Sequence record: NC_014636.1
DNA: 64,000 nt
Reading direction: 5' to 3' (one strand)
In this document: piece by piece, positions 1-8,839 of the stretch
Numbering within the stretch: the stretch's first letter is position 1
How the letters are laid out: each line of letters begins with the position of its first letter
Position numbers and translations under genes: made by a program
Notes under the pieces: generated by a model
What the model saw: only the letters and a program-made list of their open reading frames with translations
Databases searched by the model: none
What the model was told of the DNA's origin: nothing

Positions 1-227
1 GAGGTAATGCGCAGCAAACGCTGGCTTTCGTGAAGTTTAGACACTCGATTTACCATGTTACTGAGTGCGGTAAGATTAGCCATGACTTTATCACACAGCT
101 TGGCGATACCAGCTTTCTCGTTAAGCTTTTCCATATCGCACACGCGAACAGTGCCGAACTTGGTATCGTTATACTGCTTGAATTCACCGTTAACAACTTC
201 ACCCATTTGACACGCAAAACCAATCAT
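1..227 (-). CDS. UV-damage endonuclease (UvsE/UvdE family), 5' part; runs off window edge
   Basis: Hand-translated, not in ORF track: GAGG SD then MIGFACQMGEVVNGEFKQYNDTKFGTVRV...ANLTAL...RLLRITS, matching the UvsE N-terminal pattern (IGFAC...T...N...RISS). Confidence 0.7.
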   Translation of the reverse strand, partial: MIGFACQMGEVVNGEFKQYNDTKFGTVRVCDMEKLNEKAGIAKLCDKVMANLTALSNMVNRVSKLHESQRLLRIT

Positions 228-234
228 ATATTCC

Positions 235-510
235 TCACACTTTAAGATTTTCGAAATCAGAGATCAATTTCTTCAACTGTTCTTTCTGACTACCAGTTAA
301 CCCTGACATGGTATACCGATTTACCAATGATGTCAACGTGGATTGCACAAGAATTTGTGCTTGTGCTCTTGCGACAACTCTTTCCTCAGTGGGAAGATTT
401 CGATCTTTGTTTTTAACACGGAGTGCCTTGCACTCCGCATAGATGTTTTCGTATGCTTTGATTCGATGTTGGAACAAAGCAATCATTGGACTCAAACTAA
501 AACCGTACAT
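235..510 (-). CDS. hypothetical protein
   Basis: Start MYGFS overlaps stop of upstream ORF (TAATG). Confidence 0.7.
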   Translation of the reverse strand: MYGFSLSPMIALFQHRIKAYENIYAECKALRVKNKDRNLPTEERVVARAQAQILVQSTLTSLVNRYTMSGLTGSQKEQLKKLISDFENLKV

Positions 511-932
511 TAGAACTCCGGATTCCATTTGTTGTGATGGCCTTGTACCAGACCCCACATTTTGGAGTACAGCCAAGTGCCGGTCTTTTTGCGACGGTAG
601 AAAGTCTTTCCAGTCGAGGTAGTGATTTGCAGAGATTTGGAAATCTTAACGATAGTCCCCTCTGGATAGTAATCACCGTTAAAGGAACGGCTCACTTCGT
701 CACCAACTTGCGGCATACGAACAACATCAAAACGAGGAGAAACCCACTCACCACGGTCAACAGCCAACAGAGATTCTTTCTCGGAAAACAGCTCAACAAC
801 TTGTTCGGCTTGCTCCAGAGATTTCCAGTCCCAGCGAGAAACAACGATGTCGCCAGCTTCTTTAGCTGCTTTATAAGCATCAGAGCTAACAGATTCGATG
901 ATTTCTAGTTTGGTGATGTTGAAGTGTTTCAT
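510..932 (-). CDS. hypothetical early protein
   Basis: GAGG SD before MKHFNIT; downstream of early promoter. Confidence 0.8.
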   Translation of the reverse strand: MKHFNITKLEIIESVSSDAYKAAKEAGDIVVSRWDWKSLEQAEQVVELFSEKESLLAVDRGEWVSPRFDVVRMPQVGDEVSRSFNGDYYPEGTIVKISKSLQITTSTGKTFYRRKKTGTWLYSKMWGLVQGHHNKWNPEF

Positions 933-981
933 GATGTTTTCCTCAGTTTGTTGATAAGACGTCTCTCGTCTTGATGTGGCC

Positions 982-1009
982 ATAATAACACGGCCACACC
1001 TAGCGTCAA
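982..1009 (-). promoter_or_regulatory. early sigma70-type promoter
   Basis: TTGACG-N16-TATTAT, A-rich UP element, conserved ACATCAA leader. Confidence 0.75.
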
Positions 1010-1392
1010 CTACTTTTTGAAAAAAATTTCACTAGAACGGTTCGACCACCGCTCAATACTAATTCACGATACAGTTTGAAACTTTCCTCATATGGATCAA
1101 TAGGATAGACAAACTGACGTCCAAGATCCGCGATCTGTTTACGTTCGACAATATGCTGGAGCTGACAACTCAAACCACGAAGATATGCCTTCATAGTAGA
1201 AGTTTCGAGTTCAATGCCGCTAATTGTCCGTAGAAGCTTCGCGATTCCATCGAAATCAGTAAACGCTTGATCGTAATACTCGGAAAACTCAGCATATGAA
1301 GCAACATCAAGCCGAGCTCGGTTCATAAGATACAGAGATTCAGCTAGTCGTTCAGTGAGTTTCATAAACTCTAGATTAAAATCATTTGTCAT
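1006..1392 (-). CDS. hypothetical protein
   Basis: 128-aa ORF in coupled operon. Confidence 0.75.
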   Translation of the reverse strand: MTNDFNLEFMKLTERLAESLYLMNRARLDVASYAEFSEYYDQAFTDFDGIAKLLRTISGIELETSTMKAYLRGLSCQLQHIVERKQIADLGRQFVYPIDPYEESFKLYRELVLSGGRTVLVKFFSKSS

Positions 1393-1664
1393 AAAATCTC
1401 GTTTCCTTTAATAAGAGAGTTAGCGTAATGGCGATGCGCCGACTCCGTGAATGCTCGTTCGGCTCGAACGACTTCTGGAACAATCTGAGTCATACGATGT
1501 TCATACATCGCGTTGATTCTACTCAACAGTTTAACGCCTTCGCGTGACAACTTCGAGCCAACACGCTCGGCAGAATACAGTTCTTCCAGCTCTCGAATCT
1601 GTCTAAGTTGCTCTTTGCTAACGGCACTTGCTGCCATGTAAGCGATCATTTCATCATTGATCAT
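1389..1664 (-). CDS. hypothetical protein
   Basis: 91-aa ORF, ATGA coupling. Confidence 0.75.
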   Translation of the reverse strand: MINDEMIAYMAASAVSKEQLRQIRELEELYSAERVGSKLSREGVKLLSRINAMYEHRMTQIVPEVVRAERAFTESAHRHYANSLIKGNEIL

Positions 1665-1935
1665 TTCTAAGTCCTATATACCAGATTTTACCAACGCTCG
1701 TTTGTTGGTATTTTTCACTATTCCACATGCGGCGACGTACCGCAGATGCATGAGGACTGTTATGTCCCATCTTATCTACCCAGCGCAGCATTTTGCGGCA
1801 GCATAGTCCGATATCGATTCGACATTGACAAGCCATTTCGTCGTATAGTTTTCCATCAACGAACAAACGGATGTGGTAACGATTTTTGATTCTCGTTACC
1901 TTAGTCTCCGTCTTTACGGGTTTGAAATCATACAT
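1654..1935 (-). CDS. hypothetical protein
   Basis: 93-aa ORF, coupled. Confidence 0.75.
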   Translation of the reverse strand: MYDFKPVKTETKVTRIKNRYHIRLFVDGKLYDEMACQCRIDIGLCCRKMLRWVDKMGHNSPHASAVRRRMWNSEKYQQTSVGKIWYIGLRNDQ

Positions 1936-2120
1936 TAGATCAAACGCTCTCCCATAACAACAGTCTTACCAGAGGAATAATATCCGTAGTTCTTCCACTT
2001 ACGCATATTGCCAATCATGATGTTACGACCGGCGTTAGTTGCTTCTTCGGCAGTAGCATAAGAAACGGTGTAGTCAACGCGAGAAACACCAGCAGCAGAT
2101 ACGAACGGATAGAATTTCAT
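1935..2120 (-). CDS. hypothetical protein
   Basis: GAGG SD before MKFYPF. Confidence 0.65.
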   Translation of the reverse strand: MKFYPFVSAAGVSRVDYTVSYATAEEATNAGRNIMIGNMRKWKNYGYYSSGKTVVMGERLI

Positions 2121-2183
2121 GATTACTTCCTCTTGATTTGATAAAGCTATCTTAGCAGGTTTGATTTCGCGATTCAAGCATTA

Positions 2184-2501
2184 TTAGCGTTTAACACAAG
2201 TCCAGTGGTTGATATCGATTTCGCCTTTCGCAAGAATCTTTTCCATGAAAACAGTTGCAACTGAATGCGCGTTCATGTAATAGCTATCATCTTCGGCATG
2301 AACAATCTTACCAACGAAACGATGATTCAGTCTGAATTCGTCAGCCATGAAACCACTGAACAACATGATGCTACACTCGAAATCGTCGCTCGGGCCTTCT
2401 GGTGTCATACATGCAACAATGTCGCCACGCTCAACACGCAGATCCCACAGCTTGATAGTCATGCCGTCGTTTGTCTTGATAGTTTCGTTGATGTTGATCA
2501 T
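2184..2501 (-). CDS. hypothetical early protein
   Basis: GAGG SD, directly after early promoter. Confidence 0.8.
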   Translation of the reverse strand: MININETIKTNDGMTIKLWDLRVERGDIVACMTPEGPSDDFECSIMLFSGFMADEFRLNHRFVGKIVHAEDDSYYMNAHSVATVFMEKILAKGEIDINHWTCVKR

Positions 2502-2531
2502 GATGTTTTCCTCAGTTCGTTTGATGTGTGT

Positions 2532-2586
2532 AAAATATCAGGTCCAAAAACGATGTCAACAAAAAAGGCACCCGAAGGTGCCTTTT
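2532..2586 (-). repeat. terminator + early promoter cassette, copy 1 (PeSL-like)
   Basis: AAAAAAGGCACCCGAAGGTGCCTTTT hairpin abutting TTGACA-N16-TATTTT; same hairpin at 9230, 19233, 22452. Confidence 0.85.
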
Positions 2587-2590
2587 ATTT

Positions 2591-4033
2591 TTAAGCTTGT
2601 TCGTCGCTGCGGAGTCGGGCTTCTTCAAACACACTCATGTTATAAACATGGGTGCAAGTGCCTTCACGCAGATACTGGACATATTCGTTGTCGTTCTCAT
2701 ATTTCGCATATTGCGGGTCGAGAATATCAACAGTCTTGTATTCACCGTCAATTTTCACCAGACGCAGACGACCGGCTTTGGAAGCTTTCCACGCTGCATC
2801 TTTCGGGTTCTTACGCACACGACGCCAGACACCGTTAACGCGAATCGCAGAGCATTTGTAAGCCCATTTCTGAGTGTCACGGTCGCATTTCTGCAACAGA
2901 CCACCACCCATACCGAAAGCGACGTTTTCGATACTGTAACCCAGCACTTTGATGAACTGGAGACAGGCTTCAACATCTTTGTCGGAACTCAGGCCGTCGC
3001 CCTGAATAACACGGTAGCTACCATGCAGGACTTTGTAACCCTTACTGTTCACAGTGAAACCGACGTTCTTCGCGATAGTTTCAAGAGCATATCCGATATT
3101 ATCAAACATGTCACCAGAGTCAGGACGAATCACGCAAGTACCGCCGCGAGCCAGAATTTCGCGCTTGAACTCACCAGTGGTCAGACGATCTACCGCTGAT
3201 TTGTAGTCGATAGAGTCAGCCACAATCGCGTAAACACCGTCACCCCAGTTACGAATGCTGTTCCAGAATGCTTCATCTTCCTGTTCAGGAGTCAGCAAAC
3301 CTTCATCACCGTAGCAAATGGTAGTGGTGTGTTCGCGAGCCGGAATACTGATACCAACAGCGATATCATGTGCCAGATCGTACAGGTCTTGTGCCATAAT
3401 CAGAGCTTCGACGGTATCGGTACCGATGAAGTTGATCAGATGTGCCAGACCACCCAGCTTTGCCGCTTGTTCACAAGTCGCACCACGAGCACCGAAGTCA
3501 TGCAGACGGGTTTTCAGTACGAAATCGAAATCGGCACCAGTCAGATCGGAGGTTTCTTTCAGATACTTTTTAACGAGTTTCTTGATCTTGAAGCTGATAG
3601 AAGCAACGGTACTGGGATACCAGTGACCACGCAACAGGAAAGTTTCAAGGTGACCACCGAGACTGTAGTTCGGTCCGAAGATTTCAACTACCATAGTCGC
3701 GTTACGACCAGGGATTACTTGACCTTCTTTCGCACCATACAGGTTAACCGGAAGTTTGCCGCCGTTGGTTGCAATATTCATCCACATTTCATATGCGAAC
3801 ATGTCGCGACCGAAGTGGGATTTGAACAACATGTTAGCGCGGTTGACGTCAGCGACGGTCACACCCTGCTCCAGAGTACGCGCAACAAAATGCAAACCGG
3901 AGATCATTACATCATCGTCCACACGCGGCTCAGCGTAAAGACTGATTGCATCGGTCCCAGCTGGGAACTGATACGGATGGCTGATTTTGTAAGAGTCGGT
4001 AGTTACTGCCAGGTTGGTTTTAAATACGTTCAT
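2591..4033 (-). CDS. nadV: nicotinamide phosphoribosyltransferase (NAMPT)
   Basis: TDSYKxSH, LHDFGARG, GTDT, VIRPDSGD, IQGDG, FGMGGGLLQ motifs. Confidence 0.95.
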   Translation of the reverse strand: MNVFKTNLAVTTDSYKISHPYQFPAGTDAISLYAEPRVDDDVMISGLHFVARTLEQGVTVADVNRANMLFKSHFGRDMFAYEMWMNIATNGGKLPVNLYGAKEGQVIPGRNATMVVEIFGPNYSLGGHLETFLLRGHWYPSTVASISFKIKKLVKKYLKETSDLTGADFDFVLKTRLHDFGARGATCEQAAKLGGLAHLINFIGTDTVEALIMAQDLYDLAHDIAVGISIPAREHTTTICYGDEGLLTPEQEDEAFWNSIRNWGDGVYAIVADSIDYKSAVDRLTTGEFKREILARGGTCVIRPDSGDMFDNIGYALETIAKNVGFTVNSKGYKVLHGSYRVIQGDGLSSDKDVEACLQFIKVLGYSIENVAFGMGGGLLQKCDRDTQKWAYKCSAIRVNGVWRRVRKNPKDAAWKASKAGRLRLVKIDGEYKTVDILDPQYAKYENDNEYVQYLREGTCTHVYNMSVFEEARLRSDEQA

Positions 4034-4067
4034 TTTTGAAGGCTCCCTTCATGATTGATATTTTGGT

Positions 4068-4120
4068 TTAGTGAGTCTTTCTCACAAAAAGATTGTCTCA
4101 TACTTTTCAACACAAGACAA
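4068..4120 (-). promoter_or_regulatory. promoter of nadV with downstream 21-bp palindrome
   Basis: TTGTCT-N17-GACAAT; TTAGTGAG-N5-CTCACAAA at 4068-4088. Confidence 0.5.
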
Positions 4121-4156
4121 GCTTTTTATGAGGGGTATTTCTACCCCTTCACGTTA

Positions 4157-4831
4157 TTAGAATACCAGAGCGGCACCCAGTACGGCAGAGTTATCATAGC
4201 CAACACCGGTGGTAACAGTGTGGCGCATCTTGACATACGGCTGAATCATGTGATCGGTAAAGGTCAGAGCGATTTCATGTTCGTTCTCGGTAGCCAGACC
4301 CAGGTCAAAATCGGTACGCTCGTGGAAGCCCTTGCGAGTGTAGTTATAAGCAATGGTCATTTCAGGATGCAGCTCATAACTAACGCCAGCTTTGATCTTG
4401 CTGTAATCTTGACCCTCGTTCATGAAGCTGTAACCGGCACCAGCATAAGCCAGGAACTTAGCGACCGGCATATATTCGACGATACCTTGTACGTAGGTTT
4501 CGTGATCGGTGTTGTCGCCTTCGAAGATGCCGTATTCTACGCTCGGAACAAAGGTGAAGTCGTCGCTAACTTGCAGACTCTTACCCAGCACACCAGCAGT
4601 GTGTTTGTTGGTTTCGTGCTTCACTTCCATGAAGTAGTTAGCCGGAAGAGCTACGCCCATGCCATACTCGGTAACGTCGGTATTGGTGTTGCGCTCAATG
4701 TAAATCTTTTCCAGTTGTACTTGAGCCACGGTTTCGGTCAGATCGGATGCCTTAGCTTGTTGGCAACCAAAAGCAGAAGCAGCGATAGCCAGACCGACGA
4801 TTACAGAGTGAATGAAATTCTTAGACATCAA
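4157..4831 (-). CDS. outer-membrane beta-barrel protein
   Basis: N-terminal signal peptide, alternating amphipathic strands (YAGAGYSF, AGVSYEL), C-terminal Phe. Confidence 0.7.
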   Translation of the reverse strand: MMSKNFIHSVIVGLAIAASAFGCQQAKASDLTETVAQVQLEKIYIERNTNTDVTEYGMGVALPANYFMEVKHETNKHTAGVLGKSLQVSDDFTFVPSVEYGIFEGDNTDHETYVQGIVEYMPVAKFLAYAGAGYSFMNEGQDYSKIKAGVSYELHPEMTIAYNYTRKGFHERTDFDLGLATENEHEIALTFTDHMIQPYVKMRHTVTTGVGYDNSAVLGAALVF

Positions 4832-4842
4832 AATGATACCTC

Positions 4843-5061
4843 TTAGTTTGTTGAGAGTAAAGCGATAACCAGCACAAGTAATATGAGTAGGCTTTTGTTA
4901 TCGCCAAGTTTGTTTAACGTTTCCAGTATACGATTCTCTATTGCGAGTGTCAACAACTTTTTCATTATTGCTAACGGTATTACCAGAAACGTTAGTGCTA
5001 GAAACTGATATTGATTATACATCAGCCCCAGAAGATTGCAAACAATATCGTAAAAATCCAT
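4843..5061 (-). CDS. small membrane protein
   Basis: Two hydrophobic segments. Confidence 0.6.
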   Translation of the reverse strand: MDFYDIVCNLLGLMYNQYQFLALTFLVIPLAIMKKLLTLAIENRILETLNKLGDNKSLLILLVLVIALLSTN

Positions 5062-5109
5062 ATGATTACAATCGTTGACGGTCGGTGTAAAAAATCAAAC
5101 CAATCGTCC

Positions 5110-5340
5110 TTACAGACGCTCCATATATCGACTATACGCGATAGTGTAATCGGAGCCAAAACCAGTAATGTCTTCCCATCCTTGGGCGGGATCTACCAGA
5201 ATGATAAATCCATACCCCAAGAACGGAATTTCGTTGTTTGTAGCCACGCCGACAACCGACGCGGTACACTCAATCACATTTCCTTCTTTTTGGGAAACGA
5301 GTTCTACCTTGACTCGTTCCCCGCGTTTAAACGGGTACAT
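5110..5340 (-). CDS. hypothetical protein
   Basis: 76-aa ORF in operon. Confidence 0.7.
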   Translation of the reverse strand: MYPFKRGERVKVELVSQKEGNVIECTASVVGVATNNEIPFLGYGFIILVDPAQGWEDITGFGSDYTIAYSRYMERL

Positions 5341-5566
5341 CTATAAGTCCTTGTTTCACAGCTTGATTGAATAGAGGATGTGTATCTGTGATGCTCACAT
5401 CCCACATACGCAGAATAAGCGAAACATCCTCTAGTGTCAAGTTTTCTTTTGTGATTTTATACGTTTTCGGGATTCGAAGATGTCCGGATATAAAATCCGG
5501 ACTATAATATCTGAGATTTCGACTATCGAATCCAATTTCGTCTTGATGAAGCGCGTCCATACTCAT
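5327..5566 (-). CDS. hypothetical protein
   Basis: 79-aa ORF, coupled. Confidence 0.7.
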   Translation of the reverse strand: MSMDALHQDEIGFDSRNLRYYSPDFISGHLRIPKTYKITKENLTLEDVSLILRMWDVSITDTHPLFNQAVKQGLIDVPV

Positions 5567-6516
5567 GACAGCAGCTCCGCGAGATAAACCTCATAGACAA
5601 AATCGTCCCAGTATTCACGATTCACAGTTTCGCGCATACCGTTTTTGCGAGCGATCACAACCTCTTTCTCAACATCGTTCATAAGTTGTTCGAGATAGGG
5701 ATTAACTTCGTCTACCAGACTACGCTTTCCTAGCTTAACGTCAAGAATAAATTCACGATGTTTCAGCGGGAATTTCAGATCACCGGTCCGATAGATCTCA
5801 AGCAGTTGTTCACCGCCTCGGATAGCATGACTCAACGCTTTCCAGTCTACACCGACTTCCTCTTTCGCACGTTTAGCGCGATCACCATATTCTTCCCAAA
5901 TCTTCTGGACTTGCTGGATAAACTCGGTGATCTTGATTCCATACAGATACTTGCGACCCAGCACCTCATAGAACTCGACAGTTTCACCGGTTCGGGATAC
6001 TTCGGTACCAGAGAATGTGAATTCATCAGTTGGCAGACGATCAACAAAATAACGGAGACGATAGTTCATGTCCGACTGAGGAATGTTAGAGATAACGGTC
6101 ATCACTCGTTCGAGTGCAGCTAGTCGAGTACCCTTAACACCGTACTTGGTAGCTTGTTTTCGGCAGTAGCCCAAGAATGCATCCATACGAGTCGTGTAAA
6201 ACATAGACCGATTTTGCTGAATGACTTCCCAATAAGGAGAAGTTTCCAGCAGCTGGTTACTGTGCAACATATCGATACACATAGTTTCGCCTTTGCTCGC
6301 CAGCTTGATGAACTGACGCAAAGACATCATTTCGGTATCGATATCATCGGCGCCGTTTTTACCTTTACCACCAGTGCTTTCGTTGTAGACTTCGCGACCA
6401 CCCAGAATGATCTCCCGCTTAGTGGGAATAAAGATCCCTTTGTAGTCCCGATCGGAAGTCGGGGTACTCAGCCCGTACAGATGCGAGCCGAATACGGTTT
6501 TCATCATTGTTTTCAT
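5563..6516 (-). CDS. Pol-beta superfamily nucleotidyltransferase (RlaP/PF10127-like)
   Basis: FGSHLYG...SDRDYKGIF (GS-x-DxD) and WKALSHAIR motifs. Confidence 0.85.
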   Translation of the reverse strand: MKTMMKTVFGSHLYGLSTPTSDRDYKGIFIPTKREIILGGREVYNESTGGKGKNGADDIDTEMMSLRQFIKLASKGETMCIDMLHSNQLLETSPYWEVIQQNRSMFYTTRMDAFLGYCRKQATKYGVKGTRLAALERVMTVISNIPQSDMNYRLRYFVDRLPTDEFTFSGTEVSRTGETVEFYEVLGRKYLYGIKITEFIQQVQKIWEEYGDRAKRAKEEVGVDWKALSHAIRGGEQLLEIYRTGDLKFPLKHREFILDVKLGKRSLVDEVNPYLEQLMNDVEKEVVIARKNGMRETVNREYWDDFVYEVYLAELLS

Positions 6517-6863
6517 TAGTCACCTTTTCTCATAAAGTTAACAGGACTTGGAATAACGCTAGAGTGAATCCTAAAGCAATCCATTACCTGTGTTCTTTCT
6601 TCGCCTAGCTGTTTCAGAAAATATTCAGTATCATATGCATTCATAGGACGGGTGATTCGGTTTCCATCTGTAATCACATACTTTCGTTTGTCGATCTTGA
6701 TAGACAGGCCAAATTCTGCCAAATTAGCATTGATATAAACCAGACTTTTTGCCATTGAGTCACGCGCCAACGCATGTTTAGTAACATTGCAGATCAACGC
6801 AACCGTGCCAGCGACGACCATTATACCAACCGATAACTCAAACGGATCAACTGTGATAATCAT
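6516..6863 (-). CDS. membrane-anchored hypothetical protein
   Basis: N-terminal TM segment. Confidence 0.7.
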   Translation of the reverse strand: MIITVDPFELSVGIMVVAGTVALICNVTKHALARDSMAKSLVYINANLAEFGLSIKIDKRKYVITDGNRITRPMNAYDTEYFLKQLGEERTQVMDCFRIHSSVIPSPVNFMRKGD

Positions 6864-7186
6864 TGCATAGCCTTTTGCTTGTAGAGTTCAGCCAGATTGG
6901 TGTTCAGACGTTCGATTGCTTGTTCCAGAGTTTCGGCATTAGGATCATAGTTGTCGGCAGTCGAGTCATAATGCGAGGTACTCTTACCGTTTGATATGTC
7001 CCAGTGAGTTGAAGTAGTTGTCGGACAACGAGTCACATACAGATTTTGTTCGGTTTTAGACCGAAGATGAAACACCTTACAGCCATCAAGGCCAGGCACC
7101 ATCTGATACCCATTGGTTGTTTCTTGTGTGATAGTATCACATCCAGTCAGCAACAGAGCAATTGCTAGAATTCCAAACTTTTTCAT
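6860..7186 (-). CDS. putative lipoprotein
   Basis: MKKFGILAIALLLTG-C lipobox; start uncertain (frame is open to 7333). Confidence 0.7.
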   Translation of the reverse strand: MKKFGILAIALLLTGCDTITQETTNGYQMVPGLDGCKVFHLRSKTEQNLYVTRCPTTTSTHWDISNGKSTSHYDSTADNYDPNAETLEQAIERLNTNLAELYKQKAMQ

Positions 7187-7304
7187 ATTTGCATCCACAT
7201 TAAAATTGGGTAAATCGCCTTTAAGACCATGATCATGAAGTCGTTGCTCCCGATCATGGCCCATATTACGATGTTCAGAATAATGAGCAAACACCAGATT
7301 GCGT

Positions 7305-7535
7305 TTAGTCCTTTCTCCACCATTTGTCATCACTCCTCATATCATTTGAATCTGAGAGAGATTTTATCACAACTGGTCTAGGAACTACAAGTGGTTTGTC
7401 CATTATTTTTGTGACATTTGTCACATATACCGGAATATATTTTTCATCAAAGCGTTGTCCGTCTATCAACTTCTGGAAATTTTGCAGGACTATTTCTTTC
7501 GAAGCCCCGCTAATGTCCTGATAGTTATTTGACAT
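7305..7535 (-). CDS. hypothetical protein
   Basis: Likely start MSNNY. Confidence 0.6.
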   Translation of the reverse strand: MSNNYQDISGASKEIVLQNFQKLIDGQRFDEKYIPVYVTNVTKIMDKPLVVPRPVVIKSLSDSNDMRSDDKWWRKD

Positions 7536-7899
7536 TAAAACGCCTGTAGATGTAACGTTGCGCAAATAGATATTTGCGAATGTTATTTGTTCCCTGAACT
7601 TGCATCATGAGATCATAGAATTCATGAATGGTAAGATTGCGAGTTTGCGCACCCTCAACGTTATCAATGAATCGAAACCAAGACGCGGCACCCGCGAAAT
7701 CGGTAATAATTCCATTGTTATACATTTCGAGCCGAATGCCTTTCTCTTGCAGAACTTCGCGAACTTCGCGATAGTGCTCCAATACCCAGTTAACTCGACG
7801 TTTACGCTTCTTGGTACGATATTGATCGATGCCGATAAACAAACCAACCACTACCGCGATACAAGACAAGATACTAAGGGAGATAATGAACAGTGCCAT
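7525..7899 (-). CDS. membrane-anchored hypothetical protein
   Basis: N-terminal TM followed by basic patch. Confidence 0.75.
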   Translation of the reverse strand: MALFIISLSILSCIAVVVGLFIGIDQYRTKKRKRRVNWVLEHYREVREVLQEKGIRLEMYNNGIITDFAGAASWFRFIDNVEGAQTRNLTIHEFYDLMMQVQGTNNIRKYLFAQRYIYRRFNVK

Positions 7900-7900
7900 T

Positions 7901-8209
7901 TTATTCCTCTATTGGTGTTGAGTGTTGTTCGAAGTTCGCGCCCTTATCACACGCTTTCCAAAAGCTATAAACTTCGGAAGCAAGTAACGGGCGACTCGTT
8001 CGAGTGCTAGACTTGAAAACAAACTGAACGACATTTACCCGTTCTAGTTGTATACCAGTTCTAGTGATTACCATGTTAATCGAATGCATATCTCGGCTTA
8101 CGCGAATAAACTTTGGCAGTTCTTCGATTATCATGATTGCGATCATCGCCATCAATATCCCACAGGCAGAGATGGCGATTACATCAAAAACATTTAAGTT
8201 AGATCCCAT
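7901..8209 (-). CDS. membrane-anchored hypothetical protein
   Basis: GGAG SD before MGSNL; TM segment. Confidence 0.65.
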   Translation of the reverse strand: MGSNLNVFDVIAISACGILMAMIAIMIIEELPKFIRVSRDMHSINMVITRTGIQLERVNVVQFVFKSSTRTSRPLLASEVYSFWKACDKGANFEQHSTPIEE

Positions 8210-8561
8210 AACACTCCTTGAAAATCTCGACGTTAGCGTTAACAAAGGCAATCACTTTATCACATGCCAGTTCCAAGGATTTCTGCTTGCGAAGAACTGG
8301 GAATTTCACACCGGATTTCCACTTGCAGTCACCACACAGCGCGGTAAATTTGTCGTCACCGTCGTGAAGCATGAAATGCGCCCAACGAGCGTTGAAGTAT
8401 TCAACATCAGAACAACCTTGCTTTGCACCGACCATGATGATCTCTACGGTATATTCACCGACAGATTTCAGACTGCGAACACGGACATATTCTGCAACTC
8501 GGGAGTCGATACGCGGCTTGATGTATTCTACCAGAGCTTGCATCTTTTCTTGATTAGTCAT
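8199..8561 (-). CDS. hypothetical protein
   Basis: GAGG SD before MTNQEK. Confidence 0.75.
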   Translation of the reverse strand: MTNQEKMQALVEYIKPRIDSRVAEYVRVRSLKSVGEYTVEIIMVGAKQGCSDVEYFNARWAHFMLHDGDDKFTALCGDCKWKSGVKFPVLRKQKSLELACDKVIAFVNANVEIFKECYGI

Positions 8562-8571
8562 GACTATCTCC

Positions 8572-8799
8572 TCATGCAGCTTTCTTCGGGTTGTTGTAAA
8601 CGTAGACTTTACGACGCTGAACTTTGCCAGCGAACTGTGCTTCCAGCTTCGCGGAAACTTGCTCACGCACCATGTCAACGGTCTTGTCAATCCAGCGACC
8701 GATAGTACGCGGAGAAACATTCAGTTCACGGGCGACTTGAGCTTTGGTCTTTTTAGAAGCAGTTACAGCGAAGTAGGCTTTGATTTCGACGTTGTTCAT
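8572..8799 (-). CDS. HTH DNA-binding early protein
   Basis: KTKAQVARELNVSPRTIGRWI helix-turn-helix; GAGG SD. Confidence 0.8.
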   Translation of the reverse strand: MNNVEIKAYFAVTASKKTKAQVARELNVSPRTIGRWIDKTVDMVREQVSAKLEAQFAGKVQRRKVYVYNNPKKAA

Positions 8800-8839
8800 G
8801 ATGTATTCCTCAGTTTCGTTAGAAGTTGTTTTGTTTCGA

